A program made the position numbers and the translations under genes. A stretch of DNA of 61,097 bases. Origin: Faecousia sp. (GTDB lineage: Bacteria > Bacillota > Clostridia > Oscillospirales > Oscillospiraceae). Under the pieces are notes generated by a model. The model saw only the letters and a list, made by a program, of their open reading frames with translations. It did no database searches and was not told where the DNA came from. Position 1 is the stretch's first letter, and each line of letters opens with the position of its first letter. Where the stretch lies: contig JAZNHQ010000025.1 of the NCBI GenBank assembly GCA_045577035.1, positions 1 to 61,097 of the forward strand, given 5' to 3'. Positions 56,214 through 61,097 of this stretch are shown piece after piece.

Positions 56214-58134
56214 AACCATTACAGAAAAAATAATAGATGCTCATTTGGTCAGCGGCGAAATGCAGACCGGGCAGCCCATTGCCATCCGGATTGACCAGAC
56301 CCTGACCCAGGATGCCACCGGCACCATGGCATATTTGGAATTTGAGACCATGGGTATTGACCGTGTAAAAACGGAATTGAGCGTTGCTTATGTGGATCAT
56401 AACACACTGCAATGCGGCTTTGAAAATGCCGATGATCACCGATACTTACAGACCGTAGCCGCCAAGTATGGTGTGCTTTTTTCCCGGCCTGGCAATGGCA
56501 TCTGTCATCAACTGCATTTGGAGCGCTTCGGTAAGCCCGGAAAGACTTTGTTAGGCTCCGATTCCCATACCCCTACCTGCGGCGGCCTTGGAATGCTGGC
56601 CATCGGTGCGGGTGGTATGGATGTGGCAGTGGCCATGGGTGGCGGAGCATATCATATCACGATGCCCAAGATTTTTAAGATCCATCTGACCGGCAGCCTA
56701 CGGCCCCAGGTTAGTGCCAAGGATGTGGCACTGGAGCTGTTGCGGATATTGTCTGTAAAGGGCGGCGTAGGCGCCATCATGGAATGGGGTGGCCCCGGTG
56801 TGCAGACCTTGACCGTACCGGAACGGGCAACCATTACCAATATGGGTGCAGAATTGGGCGCAACCACTTCTGTATTTCCTTCCGATGAAATGACCCGGGA
56901 ATTTTTAAAGGCACAAGGCAGGGAAGAAGACTATACGCATTTATGTGCGGATGAGGGAGCAGTCTATGATCAAGTCATTGAAATTGATCTGTCGTCCCTA
57001 AAACCTATGATTGCTTGTCCCCATAGTCCGGACAATGTGGTGTGCGTGGATACCCTTTCTCATGTAAAAGTGGATCAAGTGTGCGTAGGCTCTTGTACCA
57101 ATTCTTCACTGATGGATCTGTTGAAGGTAGCTGCTATGCTTAAGGGGAAGACGGTCGCGCCCGGCGTGAGTCTGTCCATATCTCCCGGTTCCCGGCAGGT
57201 TCTGACCATGCTGGCAGATTGCGGTGCGCTGTCAGACATCCTGGCCTCTGGTGCGCGGCTTTTGGAGTGTGCCTGCGGTCCCTGCATTGGTATGGGCTTT
57301 TCTCCCAACTCCGGGGGTGTGAGCCTGCGTACCTTCAACCGGAATTTCCTGGGACGCAGTGGCACCAAAGACGGCCAGGTGTACTTGGTTTCTCCCGAAA
57401 CAGCTGTTGCATCGGCTTTAACAGGATATATTACTGATCCTATGACTGTGACGCCGGTTTCTATATCCATGCCCCAAAGCTATAAAATCGACGATTCAGC
57501 GGTGCTTATGCCGTTGCCTGCAGAGGAAGCTGTAAATGCGCAAGTACTTCGTGGGCCTAACATTAAGGAGTTCCCCAAGAGTCAGCCCATAGACGGCAAA
57601 TTGGAAGCCTCTGTGGTGCTGAAGGTGGGCGACGATATTACCACCGACCATATTATGCCTGCCGGTGCCAAAATTCTGCCTTACCGCTCCAATATTCCCC
57701 GGTTATCCCAGTTTTGCTTTGGGGTCTGCGACCCGGATTTTGCAGCCCGGGCAAAGGCTGCAGGCAGTGGTATCATCGTGGGCGGCAGCAATTACGGTCA
57801 GGGCTCTTCCAGAGAGCATGCTGCGCTTGTGCCTATGTATTTGGGTGTGCGCTGTGTTATCGCCAAAAGCTTTGCCCGAATCCATGTGGCCAATTTGATC
57901 AATGCCGGTATCGTTCCTCTGACCTTTGCTGATGGTGCAGACTATGATAACCTAAACCAGGATGATTGCTTAATTATTGAGAATATTTCCCGGGGAATGG
58001 CGGACGGCTCACTGACAGTACAGAATCTTACTACGGGTAAGGCGTTTGCGGTACAGTGCGATCTGTCCGAGCGCCAGCAGAGGATTCTTCTTTGCGGCGG
58101 CTTACTGAATTATACCAAGGAGGGCGGACAATGA
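56203..58134 (+). CDS. Aconitate hydratase
   Basis: QDATGTMA, DHN, GICHQ, GSDSHT, GSCTN, ACGPCIG, TTDHI, YGQGSSREHAA. Confidence 0.92.
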   Translation: MKGRTITEKIIDAHLVSGEMQTGQPIAIRIDQTLTQDATGTMAYLEFETMGIDRVKTELSVAYVDHNTLQCGFENADDHRYLQTVAAKYGVLFSRPGNGICHQLHLERFGKPGKTLLGSDSHTPTCGGLGMLAIGAGGMDVAVAMGGGAYHITMPKIFKIHLTGSLRPQVSAKDVALELLRILSVKGGVGAIMEWGGPGVQTLTVPERATITNMGAELGATTSVFPSDEMTREFLKAQGREEDYTHLCADEGAVYDQVIEIDLSSLKPMIACPHSPDNVVCVDTLSHVKVDQVCVGSCTNSSLMDLLKVAAMLKGKTVAPGVSLSISPGSRQVLTMLADCGALSDILASGARLLECACGPCIGMGFSPNSGGVSLRTFNRNFLGRSGTKDGQVYLVSPETAVASALTGYITDPMTVTPVSISMPQSYKIDDSAVLMPLPAEEAVNAQVLRGPNIKEFPKSQPIDGKLEASVVLKVGDDITTDHIMPAGAKILPYRSNIPRLSQFCFGVCDPDFAARAKAAGSGIIVGGSNYGQGSSREHAALVPMYLGVRCVIAKSFARIHVANLINAGIVPLTFADGADYDNLNQDDCLIIENISRGMADGSLTVQNLTTGKAFAVQCDLSERQQRILLCGGLLNYTKEGGQ

Positions 58135-59240
58135 CTGATATTAATAAAGCCTGCGACAGCTTCCGCCTGCTTTTGGAGGAACAGCTTCGCCGGGTGGAGA
58201 ACATGAATACGGAAAAGACGGATTTCTCCAAAAAAGAATCCGTAACCGTTGGCATCATTGACGGTGACGGTATTGGGCCTGTTATTATGACACAGGCGGT
58301 TCGCGTGCTGGAAAAACTGTTGGAAAACCAGATTTCCGGCGGAAAGATCGTCTTGAAACGAATCGAAGGCTTGACTATCGAAAACCGCATGGCTTTGGGA
58401 CAGCCGGTGCCTACAGATGTGCTGGCACAGATCAAATCCTGTGATGTGCTGTTAAAAGGGCCTACTACAACGCCCATGGGCGGAAGTATGGAAAGCGCCA
58501 ATGTGACACTTCGTCGGGAACTGGATCTGTATGCCAACATTCGCCCAGTATCCATTCCAGAAGAAAACATACAGTGGATCTTCTTCCGTGAGAATACCGA
58601 GGGAGAGTATGTGCTGGGAAGCCGAGGCGTAGAATTGCCCGGTATGGCGGTGGATTTCAAGGTTACTACCGATCCCGGTACACGGCGCATTGCCAAAGCG
58701 GCATTTGAATATGCCAAGAATAACGGTATGAACCGTGTATCCATTGTTACCAAGGCCAATATCATGAAAAAAACAGACGGCAAGTTTACTGCCATCTGCC
58801 ATGGGGTTGCCAAGGAATACCCGCAAATCACTGTGGATGATTGGTATATTGATATCATGACCGCAAACCTGGTCAATCCTGCCATTCGGAATCAGTTTCA
58901 GGTAGTGCTGCTACCTAATCTGTACGGCGATATCATTACCGACGAAGCAGCCCAGCTGCAAGGTGGCGTTGGCACAGCCGGCAGCGCCAATGTGGGAGAC
59001 CGGTATGCTATGTTCGAGGCCATTCATGGTTCGGCTCCGCGGTTGATCGAAGAGGGATTGGCGGATTATGCGGATCCCAGAAGTATATTGCAAGCGGCAG
59101 CCATGCTTTTGCGGCATATTTTGTACAGTGAAGAAGCCCAGGCACTGGAAAATGCCATTTTCGAATGCTCTGCTGTGGTGGATGTGCAAACAGGCGTAAC
59201 CTGCCAAGCCTACACAGATACACTACTCAAAATGCTATAA
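58131..59240 (+). CDS. icd: Isocitrate/isopropylmalate dehydrogenase family; isocitrate dehydrogenase by context
   Basis: GDGIGP, LKGPTTTP, LRRELDLYANIRP, RENTEGEY, KANIMK.TDG, PNLYGDIITD, EAIHGSAP; start moved to ATG 58131 (ATGA overlap). Confidence 0.85.
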   Translation: MTDINKACDSFRLLLEEQLRRVENMNTEKTDFSKKESVTVGIIDGDGIGPVIMTQAVRVLEKLLENQISGGKIVLKRIEGLTIENRMALGQPVPTDVLAQIKSCDVLLKGPTTTPMGGSMESANVTLRRELDLYANIRPVSIPEENIQWIFFRENTEGEYVLGSRGVELPGMAVDFKVTTDPGTRRIAKAAFEYAKNNGMNRVSIVTKANIMKKTDGKFTAICHGVAKEYPQITVDDWYIDIMTANLVNPAIRNQFQVVLLPNLYGDIITDEAAQLQGGVGTAGSANVGDRYAMFEAIHGSAPRLIEEGLADYADPRSILQAAAMLLRHILYSEEAQALENAIFECSAVVDVQTGVTCQAYTDTLLKML

Positions 59241-59244
59241 AAAT

Positions 59245-59270
59245 CACCGGGAACATCACTGTTCCCGGTG
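59245..59270. terminator. Hairpin between convergent icd and gltX
   Basis: CACCGGGAACA-tcac-TGTTCCCGGTG. Confidence 0.75.
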
Positions 59271-59276
59271 TTGCTA

Positions 59277-60920
59277 TTATAGAGTGTTCATAACGGCCTG
59301 GATTCTGGCTACAGTGCGATCATAGCCCAGGATCTGCATGACTGTGTACAGGTCGGGGGAGTTGGTCTTGCCGGTAACGGCTTGACGGATAAAGGTGGAG
59401 ATATCGGCTACAGTGCCGGGGAAGGCAGAAGGATCTGCCTTGTAAGCCTTCATGTCGGTGGTGAAGCCCATTTCCTCAGTGATGGCTTTGTCCTTATCAA
59501 ACCATACGCCGGAGTCGTCTGCGTAGTCGTAGCGCTCCAGGAATTTGGCAAGTGCCAGCTTCACGGTCTCGCCGGAGAATTTTTCGTCGAACTGGGGTGC
59601 TTCCAGATATTCGTCATAGAAGAAGCCCATGTAAGGCTTGGCTTCTTTCCAGGTGGCAATATCCTTGCGGGGCTTCTTGCCGCCACGGCCAATGGCCAGA
59701 ATGGAAACAGCAAAATCCTTATCAGAGCGCAGCTTGGCAGCAAAATCCGCGTCAAACTCTTCTGCCCACTGCGTCAGCAGGGTGTATACCTTTTCTGCGT
59801 CCATCTTGGCAATTTCATTCTTGGAGATGTCCGTCAACTTGGCATAGTCAAAAAGGTTGCCGGCGGGGTTCAGCTTCTTGGGGCTGAACTTGAACTCGGT
59901 GGCAGGAGCGGTGGGGTTGGCTCGGCGCCAGTCTTCATAGTTGGAGTTGAGCAAGGTCATGATATACTCATAAACAGCTGCTACAGGGAAACCCTCGGCC
60001 TTGTAGAAGGTCAGAGCCAGCTCGGGGTCTTTGCGCTTACTCAGCTTACGCTTGGAAGTGCCGTCCATTTTCATCAGAGGTCCAATGTGGACATACTTGG
60101 GAAGACGGAAGCCTAAGGCCTTGAACAGCTGAATATGGAAGGGCAGAGTGGGCAGCCACTCGTCACCACGAACCACATGGGTGGTGCGCATGAGGTGATC
60201 GTCCACCGCATGGGCAAAGTGATAGGTGGGGATACCGTCAGATTTCAGCAGCACATGGTCAATATCATTTTCCGTAACGGTAAGCTTGCCCTTGACCAGG
60301 TCGTCAAACTTGAACTGGTTTTCGATGCTGCCGGTGGAACGGAAACGAGGCACCCAGGGGTTGCCTGTATCCAGCTGTGCTTGAATCTCCTCCATAGAGC
60401 GGTCACGCCACATGGCGTACTTGCCGTAGTAGCCGAAATTATCCTTAGCAGCTTCCTGCTTCTCGCGCATGGCGGTCAGCTCGTCCTCGGTGCAGAAGCA
60501 GGGATATGCCTGCCCCTCGGCAACCAGTTTCTTGGCATATACATGATAGATAGCGGCTCTCTGACGCTGACGGTAGGGGCCGTAGATACCAGCATCGCCG
60601 TCGTGGGTAGCACCCTCGTCAAAGGCAATGCCGTAATGCTTCAGGGTGTCAATGAGCACCTCCACTGCACCGGCAACCTCACGCTTGGCGTCTGTATCTT
60701 CCACACGCAGGAACAGCACACCATTGCTCTGATGAGCCATGCGCTCTGCTGTCAAACCCTGCACCAGGTTGCCCAGGTGGACAAAGCCGGTAGGAGAGGG
60801 GGCCATACGGGTGACCACAGCGCCTTCCGGCAGCTGGCGAACAGGGTAGCGTTCTTCCAGCGCTTCCGGCGTGTCGGTCACATTGGGAAACAGTAAATCA
60901 GCTAATGCTTGATAATCCAT
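59277..60920 (-). CDS. gltX: Glutamate--tRNA ligase
   Basis: RMAPSPTGFVHLG, LRVEDTD, YPCFCT, DGIPTYHFA..VDD, RGDEW, KLSKR; start moved to 60920. Confidence 0.95.
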   Translation of the reverse strand: MDYQALADLLFPNVTDTPEALEERYPVRQLPEGAVVTRMAPSPTGFVHLGNLVQGLTAERMAHQSNGVLFLRVEDTDAKREVAGAVEVLIDTLKHYGIAFDEGATHDGDAGIYGPYRQRQRAAIYHVYAKKLVAEGQAYPCFCTEDELTAMREKQEAAKDNFGYYGKYAMWRDRSMEEIQAQLDTGNPWVPRFRSTGSIENQFKFDDLVKGKLTVTENDIDHVLLKSDGIPTYHFAHAVDDHLMRTTHVVRGDEWLPTLPFHIQLFKALGFRLPKYVHIGPLMKMDGTSKRKLSKRKDPELALTFYKAEGFPVAAVYEYIMTLLNSNYEDWRRANPTAPATEFKFSPKKLNPAGNLFDYAKLTDISKNEIAKMDAEKVYTLLTQWAEEFDADFAAKLRSDKDFAVSILAIGRGGKKPRKDIATWKEAKPYMGFFYDEYLEAPQFDEKFSGETVKLALAKFLERYDYADDSGVWFDKDKAITEEMGFTTDMKAYKADPSAFPGTVADISTFIRQAVTGKTNSPDLYTVMQILGYDRTVARIQAVMNTL

Positions 60921-61097
60921 AATTCTTACCTCTGTATTTATGATTCTTGTCATACTATACCATATTACCGCCCGGAAAGTCAATTTCCCATTGCGTTTTT
61001 CTTTGCTCTGTGATAAAATAAATCAAATTCAAAGCAAATTTCAATTTATCACGCTGTGATTTCGAAGCGCGTAGGGGAACAACACCACATCGGCCCA

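Noticed and set aside
54181-59240. Leucine (leuA/leuCD/leuB) or lysine AAA biosynthesis operon
   Set aside because: A single-chain 643-aa aconitase, rather than split LeuC/LeuD, and the apparent lack of a LeuA regulatory domain favour the citrate-to-2-oxoglutarate route
1-61097. CRISPR array, tRNA/rRNA, prophage, integrase or defence system
   Set aside because: No regularly spaced direct repeats, cloverleafs or relevant protein motifs were seen by eye; the beta-CASP gene looks like the common housekeeping type

Overview
A 61-kb chromosomal segment from a Clostridia-type Firmicute. An Oscillospiraceae-like gut or rumen anaerobe is inferred from gene content, SigA promoters, GGAGG ribosome-binding sites and a T-box. 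Left end: a DeoR-adjacent 2-oxoacid/acetoin dehydrogenase E2 with two lipoyl domains, lplA, an LDH-fold enzyme carrying the malate-type Arg, aspA with a LysR regulator, a MITE-like element with terminal inverted repeats, and four regulators around an FAD oxidoreductase. The most unusual part is about 12.6-35.6 kb. It holds three giant modular surface proteins (Cys/His-capped, Gly-rich beta-helix modules plus an unnamed ~170-aa repeat domain), four neutral-ceramidase-superfamily metallo-amidohydrolases arranged as lipoprotein/cytoplasmic pairs, a GH5-like clan-A glycosidase, a LysR-Ldh_2 cassette and a serine esterase, with no transporter. Its function is unknown; surface capture and breakdown of an N-acylated glycoconjugate such as a glycosphingolipid is an inference only. 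Right part: DegV, cls, two tandem ABC exporters, a frameshifted Fe-ADH plus ALDH, a two-component system, TspO, a Phe-type T-box ABC importer, Cu/Zn SOD, a beta-CASP hydrolase, a Re-citrate synthase-GntR-aconitase-IDH operon and gltX. No CRISPR array, rRNA, tRNA, prophage or transposase was seen. Several single-base oddities suggest residual sequencing or assembly errors.
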